Assembly: GCA_051362555.1 (NCBI GenBank)
Contig: CM120641.1
Location: 11,656,001-11,720,000, forward strand
Direction: 5' to 3'
Length of the DNA: 64,000 nucleotides
DNA from: Lingula anatina
Lineage: Eukaryota > Animalia > Brachiopoda
Below the pieces are notes generated by a model. It saw nothing but the letters and a program-made list of their open reading frames with translations. It did no database searches and had not been told where the DNA came from. A program made the translations under genes and the position numbers. This document shows, piece after piece, positions 1 through 13,814 of the stretch (position 1 is its first letter; each line of letters opens with the position of its first letter).

Positions 1-999
1 AACATAAAACTCAGGTACAACTGTACAGTGCCAGACTGATATGAGCTAGATATATTTATAAATAGAACAACCCCGGGAATCAGATTTTTCTACCTGGACT
101 CTTTCTGCACTTCTAGAGCTTTTGACCTCTGAAACTTGCTTCTTTTTCACATACAGCATACACAGGCCCTATACAAAGGTTTTTATCATGTGTGTGTGTG
201 TGAGCTTGAGCACATGTGCCTACATATGTCTAAGAGAGAAAGAGAAAATAATGGCCAAAGAAGTAAAATTAATCAAATATACATAACTACAGGTCATCTC
301 ATTAATTGAAATATAAATTAATTTTCAAAGACAAATACATTGTAGAATTTCTGAAATTGATATAAAATAGATTGTTCTTATTGTGCTAATAGCTCTTGTG
401 TGCATTCTGCAACCATAGCAACTGTAGGAGAAAAAACTAATAATAGGCATAATCACCTCACATTCAGTTAATTTGTAAAAAAATGTTTTTCGGAATTTCC
501 TTGTGTGAAAATTAAAAATATAATATGCATAATATGCATAAGCAAAAATACTAATTGTAAATTAATTGCAGAGAAATCTAATTCAAACTGACATACTACA
601 CCATAGGATAAGAGATAGTTTTAATGTAAAATATCATCACCTGGAAAACAATTACAGATAGTGATATTCAGAGATATAAGATATTGGTTATAATATTTTG
701 ATAAATCCTGCATGAGAACTCTTATAAAAACATAAAACATTTTTCTTTTAATATTGGATATATCACTGTGCCGTTAACTAGTATGTTTAATCACTGAAAA
801 CGTGCTAGTACACTGTAGAAAGATTGCATTAGAAATGAATGAACAAACTGGATGTACGAGTATTCAGTTATCCGTGATCCAGTCTATATAGTGAAAAATA
901 ATACGAGTCAGTTCAAAATGGACACGCTCCAGCTAAATTTAAAGCATCCTGTAAAAGATTAGAGCAGCTTAGTTCAGTTTTTCCTGTTTATTCGCTTAC

Positions 1000-1332
1000 C
1001 AGTATTCTCCCAGTCATCGTTTGACCAGAAATCAGCTCGCCGGCCCAATCTTTGGCCTCCGAGACCCATCCTATCTCTGTCTCCGTCGAATTTTTGCCGA
1101 GAAGATGTTTCTGTGGACTGCTCTTGGAGTCCAGCTGTGCATTCTGTCTCCGTGCACAGAGTATTACCCCGACCCTCCACAACAGAACGATGATAAAACA
1201 TGTTATAAAACTGAGGATACTGGACAGCAGGAATACATAGTACAGCCGATCTTTACACTCCAACAATTCGGGAGCGCTGGTGGTGGATAGGGTTAGCACT
1301 GTTGTTGTTGATATATTCGTTTCATTAGACAT
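1000..1332 (-). CDS. KCNMA1: Calcium-activated BK/Slo1 potassium channel alpha subunit, first coding exon (gene continues beyond the left edge)
   Basis: Translation has an S0 TM helix followed by GWVSEAKDWAGELISGQTMTGRIL, the Slo1 S0-S1 signature; GTAAGC donor starts at 999. Confidence 0.9.
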
Positions 1333-1984
1333 GTCTAAAAACAATGTGGACTTCCAATTGGTATAATTCCATCAGCATGGCGTGGTCTTCGTCAATCCGA
1401 GAATTCTGATCTCCTTCTTGTTACAACTACGATCCTTCTGTTTACGTAGTTTCAAATGACCTGTGTGCCTTAGAGAATATGAATATTCATGACTGCTTTA
1501 ACATTAGCAACCATCACCGCTAACTAGCACAGTGTCATATTAGGATGACTTAGACCAGCTAAAATTAGACTCTGTGCCACGCACTGTCCCCATTCGATCT
1601 GCTCTGTAAGATCATTTAATAATATTTTGAGATGCAAAACAATATTATTAGAAATCAAATAATGAAGCACTATCGCCACCTATCAGTAACTACATTAAGC
1701 ATGTGCTCTTCAGATTGGTCCCTTAAATCAGGTTAAAAGTGGTGACAACTACGCACATTTTTTTGTAAGGTAAGTAATATAAAATTAAAGCAGAACTATA
1801 AAATAATTTGATATTTATTATGAAGGACTATAAATAAAATAGGATATTTTGAAAAACAATTGTGTTTCAAAGGTTGTGCCGGCACGAAACAAATGAGGAA
1901 TCAGTCACGTAAAACATTTCGGGAAAGGTGAAACTGAAGAAGGACAGGTAACAACACCAGCATAGAGCTTGGAACAAGATAATA

Positions 1985-4253
1985 ATGAGTGGTCTTCGTG
2001 TCTTTGGCCGCTTTCAAGCTGTTTTAAGGAGCCAGTACGTGATTACCAAAAGCATTAAGAATCCACGAACGGTGAGTTGAGTGACTTGAGGTAAGTTTCT
2101 ATACCGGTACTCTTGGGATTTGACATTTCTCCACCCCAACCCCTTGAATAAATTTATTTTTAAAAATAAATAAATAACTAAAAACAATAATTAAAACATT
2201 AAAAGTTAGTTGCTATGCTAATTAAACACGTTTAAAATACAAAAACATGTCTACCGACCCCAGTCACCGCTTGGCAGTTTAGTGAATAAAATTACTGGTA
2301 GCTTTACCCCCTAGCAGGGCCACAGATAATTTTTCATTCAGGTATTCACAAATACTTCTCTAAGGTCTTTTCTGTGCACTTTTCTGTTCTGTTACATATA
2401 ATTTATATCATCACTTAACAGGTCTCAGGCAGAGAGTAGTGTAGTCTTAGGTCTTATCATTATGCCACATAAACTGAAATATCTAGGGCCTCAGAAGACT
2501 TCTATACTAATATGGTGCATTATTTTTTTGGTTTAAAAAAATAAACTGTAAAATTAATAAAAGGTAGCATCATCCCCAACATGACTTTTTTAAAAAGACC
2601 TGAAGCATTTCAGGAAAGGATGATCAAAGGTTTGTTAGAGAAAATTAGCATCACCCAATGAAAATTCATAAAGTATGACTTTTTTCATGGGGGAAAGATC
2701 ACGCCAGGTATCTCTAAGAAAGTCCAAATAAGAAGTAAAAGATGCTATAGATATCTTTATAAGAACATCAGACAATACTTAAAATATTTAAATTTAGATT
2801 CAACAGCGAGTTTCTGTACACATATATAAGAAATAAGCTTCATTTATTATGATTTTGTTTCAGGTTCACAGTTGTTCTCTAAATCTGCAAAGACATGCTG
2901 GTGGGTGTGCCAGAGAGCCATCTCCTATCATTTTCGTCTCAGCCAATGGACAGGAAAAAGGAAGTAAAAAAATAAACACAGAGTATGAAGAGGAAATATG
3001 TAAGAGTGAGAAAGTAGTGGCATCAGAGAGTAACACTTCATGTAGGCATGTAACAGAACAAAAAGGTCCTCCTCCCTCTCCATTGTCCCAAAGTTCATCT
3101 GCAAACTTGGATAGTGGAACAAAGGCCAGAAAGGTACAAAGCAAGAGAGGTGGCAGAAAAAAGGCACCCGTTTTCTGTGATCCACCTTTAACTAAGGAGT
3201 CTCTTAAGGTAAGATATGATTGGTTTTTTCTTTGTCTGTTAAATAAACAGCCCCAGATGAATTGAAACAGTAGCCATTCTATTTTGTATTTTTAAAGCTG
3301 GAGATTACAAGCATGGAGCAGTGATGTCAAATAAGAAACTAATTACTGTGTATAAGATTCTTAAAAACTGTTTTTCTTTTTCAGAATGTGTCCAGTGTAT
3401 GTGCAATTGTGTTTGGTTACTATAAGGTATATGCAACAACTATGGGCCGCAATCTTTCTCTGAATAACATGGTCACTATTGATGTATCAACCGCAGTGAA
3501 GGAAGCGCATTTGCACCAGCGGTTGTTGAGACAGGTACTAGTTGGTTTCTTTTCTGTGACAAGTTGGTTTTTGTGTAACAGCCTACACTTTTCAAATGAC
3601 TAAATACCATTAGTTCCACACCCAGCAGGTACATTGTGGGATAGTCTTGAATTCAATGAACATTTTAGTTATCAAAATTGACCTATGTCATTTCAGTGAA
3701 TTTGTAACATGATTTTTAATTTTTTCTATAAAGTAGCATTTTCTTTTTATTTTGGTTGTAAACTTTGTTTTGTGTATGTATGATTGTAAATTTATGTCAC
3801 CATCTATTTCAGGTCTATAATTCAATTCTACCAGAACTTCCTATGTCCAACCTGTATGTGATGGAAACTCAAAATTATGTGTATAAAACCTTAAAACGAA
3901 TAAAACCTCAAATTCACATGCAACTTGTGGAGTGCACGCTCAAAACTGTATTAAGTCAACAACAAAGACATTCAGAACATCCCGTCTACTTTGAATCTAT
4001 ACCAGGGCTGGTTAACATGAGATTTGGACTTGTCCAGGATGGTGTACGCATGCCTTGCAAAACTATAGTCGAGGAGATATATAATGAAGATTTGACAGAT
4101 ACAGGGATTAAAATACCAAACTTTATTTATACAGAGTATAAAAACATGAAAGACATTGACAGAGAATTAATGGGATCTTGCATTCTTTTGGGTGCTGCAT
4201 TTTGGAAACATGGCCTGGAGTTAGAGAAGGGGCCTTCCTACTCACTCACATGA
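1985..4253 (+). CDS. TEFM: Mitochondrial transcription elongation factor (TEFM)-like protein, 340 aa; exons 1985-2071, 2864-3208, 3385-3534, 3813-4253
   Basis: All GT-AG phase-0 introns join in frame. Arg-rich, acid-free N-terminus looks like a mitochondrial presequence. PPLTKESLKNVSSVCAIVFG, LPMSNLYVME, QLVECTLKTVL, RFGLVQDGVR and ELMGSCILLGAAFW resemble the TEFM resolvase-like domain. Confidence 0.7.
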
Positions 4254-4952
4254 TTTTCTTTGGTGGAAAGAGTTGTACATACCTTGCTGATGAATCCTAC
4301 TTCATGCATGATGTGCATGTGTGACAGATGCATCATTTCTGGATCTTTTGTTCATGTTTTACAATCATGTAAATTAAAGATACTCTGTATCTCTGTATTT
4401 TCTACCTGGTGAATCATTGCTCTTTCTCTGCACTAAGATTTGATGTTTTATTCCATTTTAGATTTAATAATTTAGTTTTAAATGACTGACCTGTCATTTA
4501 GACTATGAGGCCCATATCAACATTTACCCCTTCAGTTCATATTAATATCACCTTTGCAGTTTGCTTACAAAATAAATTTTAATTTTTTGTTTGGGGCTTC
4601 TGTAATAGTTTCCTTATTTCTTGCTATATAGTATGTAAGTATGTAAGTATGTGCATGTACCTTGGTGAGATAAAAGAATTTGACAAAGGTCTGATTATAA
4701 TTAAACTTTATTGTAATATTAATTATGAAGCTATAAAACCAACATTTGGGGCATGATTTGAAGAAAATAAAAACATCTGACACTATCACAAGCCAATTTT
4801 CTCCTGAAATGGCAAAATTATACACTTCTAAAATTTACAAGCTAAACCATCACTTAAAGGCGTTTCCATGCCTGTTAAAAGTAACATAAAAAGTACACGT
4901 GGCAAATCCCAAGCAATTTCTCTCGTAAATCCAAAGCAGTCAAAGTGAAAGG

Positions 4953-7900
4953 TTATGTTTCGTCACCTAAACGTTGCGTGTGTTGCTGAGGAGTGACGGG
5001 GGTTGGAGCATACATAACAGGGGGAGTGGTCCCTGGCATCTGCTGAGAATAACTCCCTGTTCTTCCAGCCAGTGAACCCCCAAGACTGGAATAACTGACA
5101 CCAAGTCTGGCTGGGGAGCCATTGATGGGGGCATGGAGGTCTGCCTGACTGTCAAAAATAAATAAAAAATTGTTTAAAAAGTGACCTCTGTGTTCAGTTG
5201 CTCACAGTGGTTTCAAGTTTTTTTTTTCAAAATATCCTTGAGAAGAACAAGTAAGCATACAGTAATGTACACATACATACTGTTCACACTTCAAAGTTAT
5301 AAATACTTGCTACACCAGACTCTTTGTGTTTACTCTTTTGCCTTGCAGGAATACTTAGACAAAAAAGATTGATGTGTCTGAACATGGAACCCATTTCACT
5401 TACTTTCCACCTGTGCTCTTTGACAAATCCTCCTCACTGTCATACCTTCTTGGGTTATCAAAGAAGTAGGCACGGGGGCTGAGACCTTCCACTGATGCAT
5501 CAGTCAACAGCTGCAAAGATTACATACACAGGTGCACCACATTCACTCCTACTTTTTTTTAAAGCAGTGCAAGATTAATTGTCATGACATCTGGGCAGGT
5601 ATAACTAATGAACTAAGGTTACTTTAATATTAAAATATTACACCATAGTATGACCAAAAAGAAGCAAAGAAAATATTTTCTATAATTTTATGGTTGCAGA
5701 TTTGCCAACTTTAAAGTTAGTTCATGAATGAAGGTCATTTAAAACTGACACTGTTCTTAAACTACTTGTACATCAATAGAAAGAATACTCACGGGTGTAG
5801 TTTGGGGTCGCTTAACACGGAAAAACATTACCACTACAAATGTTGGTAAAATCTCCCACACAAAGAGAACAATACCAAAAGACAAGTATGCATATCCCTT
5901 GGAAAGGTTCACTTGATCTGCCTGTTAAATTATAAAGTAGTACAATTACTGTCTCAGGAGAGTACACTGATTTAAAAAAGACTTCCACTGGCATTGTCAA
6001 CTAAATATAGTGTGTGAGAGTATTCATACTCAGATGACACTGATAAATTATGTAAAAATAATTTGATTATACTGATTAACCTATCATGATGTAAATAACA
6101 GTAAACAGACAGCAGTGAGGAACTATTTTTAAGCAACATAATTATGATACCATAATAATTTTAAATCATGTAATTCAAAATTTCTAAAAAATTGCATCTT
6201 ATTAAAGTAGGTTTTAAAACTATTTTTCTTTAAAATTTAGAACTGAAGTTTAGGTGATAGGTTGTTGATTCAGCTGCGTATCAGAGATATTTTTGGATAG
6301 TCTTCCAAATTATCTTTATTTATCCATCCTCCAATTTTGACTGTCTTCTGACAGAAAAAAACTAGATGCCCGTCAATGTAAACTTGAAAAATTCTGACCA
6401 TCTTCTGGAAGACTCAGAAGACGGCCTGTAACGAATAATGCAACATTTCTCTTTGCAGTGACTTACCTCATCTGAAACATTGACCCAGTCATAGCCAAAC
6501 CCAGGCATCTTTTCTATATTACATATTGCAATGACATTATACACAACTCTAGAAGTAAACAACACAACAATCACCACACAGGCTGCCATTGCTTGCCACT
6601 TGCTGGTACCCTGAAATACAAAGTACATGAATATACACTTAACAAAATATCTCAGTGAACATTTCTTCACATTTACTTTTTTTTCACCAACAGATGTTTC
6701 CCAGGAATGAAAAATGTCCACTGTCATTACCGTAAGTTTCCACTTGATTTAAAAATTAGAGGCTATTTTTGTTCCAGTCACCTACTTAAAAGAGTAAAGC
6801 AGAAATCAGACAGTCCAAAGATCATTTACAAAGAAATCTGCAGAGACTATAAAAATATAAAAAACAACTGTGAAGTCATGGAAGTAAATCACAAACTCCA
6901 TTATCATCTCCCTCAACTTGTTGCTCCTGCCCAACAAGACTATGACATTATATTCACCCTTGGTCACCTGTGAGGACCTGAATGTTGGGTGTCCCCCCCC
7001 CCCCCCCCCCACCCCACCCCCAAGATCCCAGGGTTACATGGAGCCACCTTTCTCATGAAAATGCCATTTTCTCTCAAAGCAGAAAACCAGTGTCAGGAAC
7101 AATCATAAAGAGGTTTTGAGATACGAATAATAATAATACAGGGTAATATGCTTTTAAATAACAAAGCAGATTAACCACCTTTTCAGTTCAGTAAATAACT
7201 TACCTTAGCTTCAAGGACCAGGTTAGCTGATGACATCCTGGAGATTTTGTATATACACACAGCCAAGGCAATGGCAAAAATGAGGAATAAAGCTTCATTT
7301 ATGATCACACGAGCAAGGATGATATCTGTATAGTCAATGTTTTGATCAAGTTCATCATTTTTTGTTAAAACTGCTGCAACAACATTTGTAGTAATGAAGA
7401 CTATCACTGCCACAATGACTGCAGCCCACAATGGCTTCCTAAAACAAACAAAATATGTTATCACAGTGACACTGCAATCACTACAAAAAAACAGAGCAAT
7501 TTCCACATTTATATGTAATCTTATTTTGTATCTTACTATTTCAATTTTATCTCAGGCATCTATTATATAAATATATCAGTGGACATAACAACAGAGGACA
7601 TCATTATTTTTGAGACCCACACAAAAATCATTCCACGTTATAAGATTCTTCATTTTGTAAAGAACATCATATGATAGATGCTGACTTACTTGTATCTGTT
7701 TGGTTCATAGCGTGCTCTACACTTGAAGCAAACCTGAAAGACATGTCAACAAATGATTAGTTTAATAGAGAAGAGCATGTTCTGGAGGGGGGGGGGGATT
7801 ATTGGGTTACAAGTATATACCACTTTATTAACCTTACCTTTAAGAATTTGCAAAGGTTTCAAGCAAACACCACCAAAAAATAAATAAATGAATAAAAAAC

Positions 7901-8756
7901 TGTTAGTCCCCTTCCCCTTGTCTACAGCAGTTTCTATACTGGTACAGGTACTAGTACATGAGTACATATGGTGAACATAGCCTGTACTACAGGGTGGTAA
8001 ACAATATCTGTCCAGTGGTTTCAACTACGAAACTACATGTAAGCAAAAGAAGGAGAGCATCTTTCTTTGTGATTCAGCATAATTATATCCATATACTGCT
8101 GTATGTTTGCATTATTGTGACAAGTTACTTGTTTTCAAAACAACAAGAGAACAGTATCCTTGCATGTTACTTCTTTCTAGCATATTATGGCTAATAAATA
8201 AACTGAGAAAAAACAAATAAATTTGAAAGGTAATACTAGTAGCCCACCCCCACTCCAGTATTTCTTATAACTACATATTTCATTAACTTGCAAGTTTAAC
8301 TGACTTAACATTAAACGTGGTAAAGAGACGAAAGAGTGTACTTACCTGAGCAAAGAAAAGGACCAACAAGCAAAGAGTAATGAACTGGATACATACAGGA
8401 AAACAAAATAAAATCCAATACGGTACTGGTGACAAAGTGTTCGCAAGGACGTAGTTTTTGTAGTAAAATGAAAACAGTGTAGTTCTTATTCCTGACCAAA
8501 TCAAACAGAGAAACAGAAATACTGTTTGGTAGCTCAGTCGCTTATGTCTGTACCAGAAAATCATCCATAACTGAACGTACACGAAGATAAACAACAAGGA
8601 ATAAAGCACCGTGTAGACCACTGTCAAGTCAAGCTGTACCTTGGCATCTAATGCCGGCTGTATGGTTATTATACCCGATGGCGTAGTTGTTTCAAGACCA
8701 ACATTCCTTCGACCTACTACGGAAATCCCACGGTAAATAAAATCTGGATAAATCAT
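4953..8756 (-). CDS. GPR137: Integral membrane protein GPR137/TM7SF1 family; exons 8756-8346, 7733-7690, 7438-7204, 6610-6467, 5921-5793, 5510-5404, 5148-4953
   Basis: Motifs [47 protein letters not shown] and [15 protein letters not shown]; seven exons join in frame through GT-AG introns. Confidence 0.93.
6282..6428 (-). mobile_element. Degenerate copy of the MITE family seen at 38773-38952
   Basis: Reverse complement shares the ccgtcttctg..tcttc..gaaga.ggtcaga..tttcaagtttacattgacgg core with 38773-38952. Confidence 0.6.
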
Positions 8757-8987
8757 TACGACATTATTTCTGTTGGAAGGCGTAAAGCTGTACCCTGGAA
8801 GTAGCTTTGATCCAAAATACTCTTTTCTGTGTGAAGGTATGAAATGGCATTTTGATTTATAAATGTGTCCTAGCGAGGTCGTGTGCCGTTACATAGTGAA
8901 AATCCACCAACGAAACATAATGAGCCAGGTAATTACCCTCTACCCCGTATTTATCAGGGTTTTCCCCAGGACTAGGGGTACAGGATG

Positions 8988-9251
8988 CAGTGGCAGATTT
9001 AGGGGGGTGTTGAGGGGGGTCCTGACCCCCTTCGATTTCTGAAAAAGATCACACCAATGCATTAAATGGCCTCTTGAAATTAGAATCTTGACTAGCTGAA
9101 TCATAGTTCTAAACCGTACCAAATAAAATACCTCTAAAATACCAAAATTTTTCGGGGTCCCTTAACCCAACGCCAAGGGGGGTGGGGGTGGAAGGTAGGC
9201 TTCGCATCCGAGGACCCCCCTTCAAATAATCTTAACCTGGATCCGCCCCTG
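8988..9251. mobile_element. Non-autonomous DNA transposon (MITE) with CAG...CTG termini and 5-bp TSD GGATG
   Basis: Ends cagtggcagattt and ggatccgcccctg, with ggatg on both sides. Confidence 0.7.
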
Positions 9252-10038
9252 GGATGTCCAAAAATCAATGCAGTCAAAAATGTTAAATTCTGAATTTGGT
9301 CACCGATTAATCCGATTTACAGGGAGTCTAACCCAAGTAAGTCCACAATTTATTCATTATTTATTTATTTTAAAGTTTTTATTTTGCCTTTTTATATTAT
9401 TTACAATTTTCTTTAGGCAGGTAGCTTTTTATTAGGCCTATTATATTATTATTTTTTGTATATGTGAACTGAATAAAATCGGTCTTTTTAAATGCCTCCT
9501 TTTTAGAGTGGCACATATGATATTCCTTACATCAACATCACCCAGTATAAAACAACACTGCAAATTTATCTAATTTCTGCACTTAATTTTGAACTTTTAA
9601 AAATAACATACTCACGTAGGCCTACGTGGTGCTAGAGTCATTAAATAAAACAGCATACAAAATTTTGGGTAAAATATTTGCAAGAACATCATTTTGACTG
9701 TATGTATATTTCAAGTTCTAACTCAAATGATCTAGTATGAGGAGATGATGTATGCAAGATGCCCTAAATGACCCCGAGATACTAGTAAATGGGAAGGCCT
9801 ACATGAAGATATATAGGACTTTGATCAAATAATAGTACCCCGAATAATATTCCGAAAAGGCATAGATCATTAAGCATCATTATTTTCAGTTGATATTTCC
9901 ACTGTTGACACGGTGTTCATAATTTAATTACCTCATTTATTCTCAATTCGCACACACGACAAATTTTATTATTAGGCCTACTATCATTTTGCAATAAGAG
10001 AGCGCGATCATTTTTCATTTTCTTAAAAGTTTATATAT

Positions 10039-10041
<3 letters not shown>

Positions 10042-10078
<37 letters not shown>
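10042..10078 (+). repeat. (AAT)n microsatellite
   Basis: Direct reading. Confidence 0.95.
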
Positions 10079-10079
<1 letters not shown>

Positions 10080-10147
10080 CCCAAAAGCTAGACGTCGTGT
10101 GCATAAATACGTTTTGTAAACAAAAATGAGTAGATGAGTTTTTCAGA

Positions 10148-10179
<32 letters not shown>

Positions 10180-11197
10180 ACGACATGTGCTCAAGTCGGT
10201 TAAAGTGATTTGCTTCTTTGTCAAGTCATGTAATATTACTATTGATCCCGTATATTGTCGTTTATACCATCCCCGGTGTAAACGGCCAAGATTGCAGTAG
10301 CAGCGGACTCTGGATGTGACAGCTGTGACTTGATAATTTGCTCAACAGACGCATTGGTCACTGACGACCTGCTGAACCGTGATGGAGTTTTAAAAACTTG
10401 CTCCATGATAGTTTTATCTTCACACATGTGAATAATTCTCCGAACAAAATTTACACAATAATCGCTTTAGTTTTTAAACTAAAAACTTTTTTAAGATTCA
10501 TATGAAGTTAATTTTTTCAATTAAACCCACCGTAAAGTTTCAAATACCATAACGAAAAGAAATTCTAAAGGGCATCATTCCATATTTCCCGAGAGATGAC
10601 ATCTGGACGGATATTTTTTGCTTTCTTTTGTGCTATATACACTGTATAACCTTCGGTCGTTTTTGACAACTCATTGGAATAACTGCGTGTGCAGCGGTAC
10701 ATTAATGCACCATACATTACTACTTTACTTTGGTGGTCTTTTTACGAAGTGGCGGGACAGATAAAAAGGTCAATTTACGACTAGAAATTTGAAGAAAGTG
10801 CAGTTTTAAATCCGTTTTACATTGTTGATCGAGTGAATGATTTGGTTTATACCAATTCGGATTTATTTGAGTGGCATAAGAAACTAGTAGAACTGGTTAA
10901 TATCCGTTATAGGTAATACACGTTCCCGATACGTACAGGTAATTTTAAATTTCTTTTCAACTATATATAGAGTTTTCAATGATTCAATTTTTAGTAGGTA
11001 ATAGCACTCTTGTAAATTTATTTTAGTATTTCATATTTTTTTTAACATCAGGTAGTAGCTATGGAAAGGCTATTTCCCTTACCACGAATAAAATCCTTTT
11101 ATTTATTCAATGGAAATGAAACACGAATAAACTGTATTGATCGCACCAAACAAGAAAATTATTAGCTCTGAATGACCTGAAGCATACATTGTATATA

Positions 11198-11441
11198 CAC
11201 ACACTGGACAATAGAAGTGTCACCCCCTGAATCAGAGTAGGCCCAATCAAAGTTATAATGCCTGGTCTACTTATAATGTGACTAATGAGTATAAAACCGC
11301 TGTACCATGGAATTGTAATGTTGGTCTTTTTGTGAAATTTGATGTTAATAAAATGATACCAGGAGCATATCATTCCAAAGTCATTTATTTCCCCCAAAGT
11401 ATTGGTTCAGTAGGGGTGACACTTCTATTGTCCAGTGTGTG
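11198..11441. mobile_element. Tc1/mariner-type MITE, 244 bp
   Basis: Perfect 29-bp TIR cacacactggacaatagaagtgtcacccc / ggggtgacacttctattgtccagtgtgtg, flanked by TA on both sides. Confidence 0.85.
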
Positions 11442-11857
11442 TATGTATATAGCCTACCCGTACGAAAATGCAGTAGTATCGAAGTAGCAAAGTAGCAAGT
11501 TAACGCAGTAGTGGTGTGGAGCATATTTGCAGTAGAATTGCAGTATAGCCTACTGCAATTCTACTCCAAAAAGTACATAGGATTGTACAGAGAAGAGCAC
11601 TAATGCAGTAGATTAGCAGCATAATAGGAGCATGTTTCAAATATGCTAATTAGCTTCCAAATCGAAGCAGATTTGAGGCATGTTTGCAGTATGATTGCAG
11701 TAGTCTACTGCGCTGGAGTACAGTCCCGCCAGAAAGTCCCCTTACCAAAAGGCCTCATGGTCTCCCAACCCTGCCCCGTATGGTCGAACAATAGAGGCCG
11801 CATGATAATTACAGGGTAGGGGAATTGGCAAGTAATACTGATCGGGCACCCAAATTA

Positions 11858-12063
11858 GGCCCCTTTCCCAGAGATTAGATCGCTCTACTTTAGATCGACC
11901 TAACTCCCTGGGGGTTCACGCTAAATAGCTGCGGGCACGAAAGTTAATTACCCCCTTACTGCTTGTAGTAGGCGGGACTGACATTTAAGCCGGATTATCC
12001 GACAGTAATCTAGTGAGACTCCCCGTGGGGATAGATCGATCTAAAAGCTCTGGGAATACGCCC
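11858..12063. mobile_element. Probable MITE with imperfect inverted termini
   Basis: ttcccagagattagatcg at the left mirrors agatcgatctaaaagctctgggaa at the right. Confidence 0.45.
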
Positions 12064-13814
12064 ACAGTTGGTTCAACAAACACGCTCTGCTCCTTCTTAA
12101 TTGCCTCACTTAAGTTTATATTATAACTGATGCAAAGAGAGTCCTTCGTTGTATTTCTTTAACACTTAGTAAATTGCCTGTCGCGACACTTTATGGTCTT
12201 CATTTTCCGTTTGGGCGGTGATGTTTTTAAATCGCACCCCTTGTTCTCGGAGGCCGATGATACGCAAACGTACATAATCGCTAAGAGGCTTCTTGGAATT
12301 GTGATGATTTGGAAAATTTGAGTGTCGATTTATACCGTTAACTTGGCAGGTAACACGATGGCACAGAAATCAGTAATATAAACATGCCATATTATACAAA
12401 ATACTTACTGGCCATTTAGGAAGTCCAGATAGACAAACAATCTTGTTGACACGTGTCAGGTGATTGATAATTAGGTAAAATTGAATAGTTTGAATTGAAG
12501 AGCGTCATCGCAATGTTAACATTAATTTTAGATGACGCGTGTCACACAGTAGTGATTATGTAATAGTCAAAGCTTCAGCACTGTGTTTACCCGGCAAGAA
12601 TAAAGCTAACCTGAACTGATTGTTAATTAATGTGAGATGACACGTGCCAAACAGTGAAGTTAACCCGAAAGATTGTAATCCAGCTTTTTAAATTAATTTT
12701 CTTTGATGGTTTTAAGTATGAAGAAAGTTTTTGGTTAAGTTTGGAGTAAAGGTCGTGAACATTAACTATTTTTATCGTTTTGAAGTACATAGGTGCTGCG
12801 TTAATAGAGAAACATTTGTATCAAAATTTAGGCTAATTTCTTTAATAACATTTTACGCGTGTTTAATTATAATTCTTCCTACTTTGTGTGCTGCAGAACC
12901 AAGGAGTCAGTCTTTCGGCCGGCCACCCTTCACCTTGTCAAATAAAGAAATTTTTGATATTCGATAACGGGCCAGTTTATTACTCAAACAACTGACAAGT
13001 CTTTTTTGGAAAAAATACATTCCATCCATGAACAAAGCAAATAGAAATATCAGGACCTACTATATAAATAAAGTTTCATCGTGTTTAATAAATATTACAT
13101 GTACAAGTACGAGTAGTGTTTTATTTGATCTTTCATAAATTCATAAATTCATTTATTCAGCTCTATGTGAATTCAATCAATTCATAGCCAAAATGTACAC
13201 GAAAGTTGCTTTCATCACCGAATCTTTTTGGTAAAGTCATTTTTAAAAATCATTGTTGGCACGTTCTTATACTTAAAATCTCCGTATCAGAGTAGAGTGA
13301 TCAATGTAGAGTGAAGCCACCGCGCATTAAAGGTCAATTAACGCTTGGACGAACACTTTATTGCGACCACGCTCAGCTTCGATCTTTATCTCATCGAGCT
13401 AGGGTTAGGCTCTTTTGCTAGCAGAAATTAAGACACGATAATTATCCGACGGGGCAGGGCATGGTACTATTGTTAACAGAAACCAAACAACGCATGGATG
13501 ACAATGTTATTTCCATGGTTACCGCTCCAGGCCGTATGAACAACCCGCAGCGACCCGCAGAGTAAGTATGGACTTTCCGGCGGGTCTGTATCTACTTCGT
13601 TTTCGTGCGGGTAATGTTGCTAAACGGACTAAACTGATCAACTGATATTGTTGTCAACATCGGTCGTAATTGACACTGGGGCATAAACTGTCTTGAAACT
13701 TGATATAAGCAAGGGCTGCAGCCGTGAAATTTTAAAACCAGTGGTACACAAAACATGACGCACTGAAGGGCTGAAAATCTAGCAGTTCTGTATTTGGCAC
13801 AAGGATCATTTCCG

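Noticed and set aside
10239-10427. 62-aa minus-strand ORF (MEQVFKTPSRF...)
   Set aside because: No recognisable family or linked exons; possibly a TE remnant but unsupported.
11755-11850. Faint resemblance to 28S rRNA (gggtaggggaattggcaag)
   Set aside because: The match is only a few short words and does not extend.
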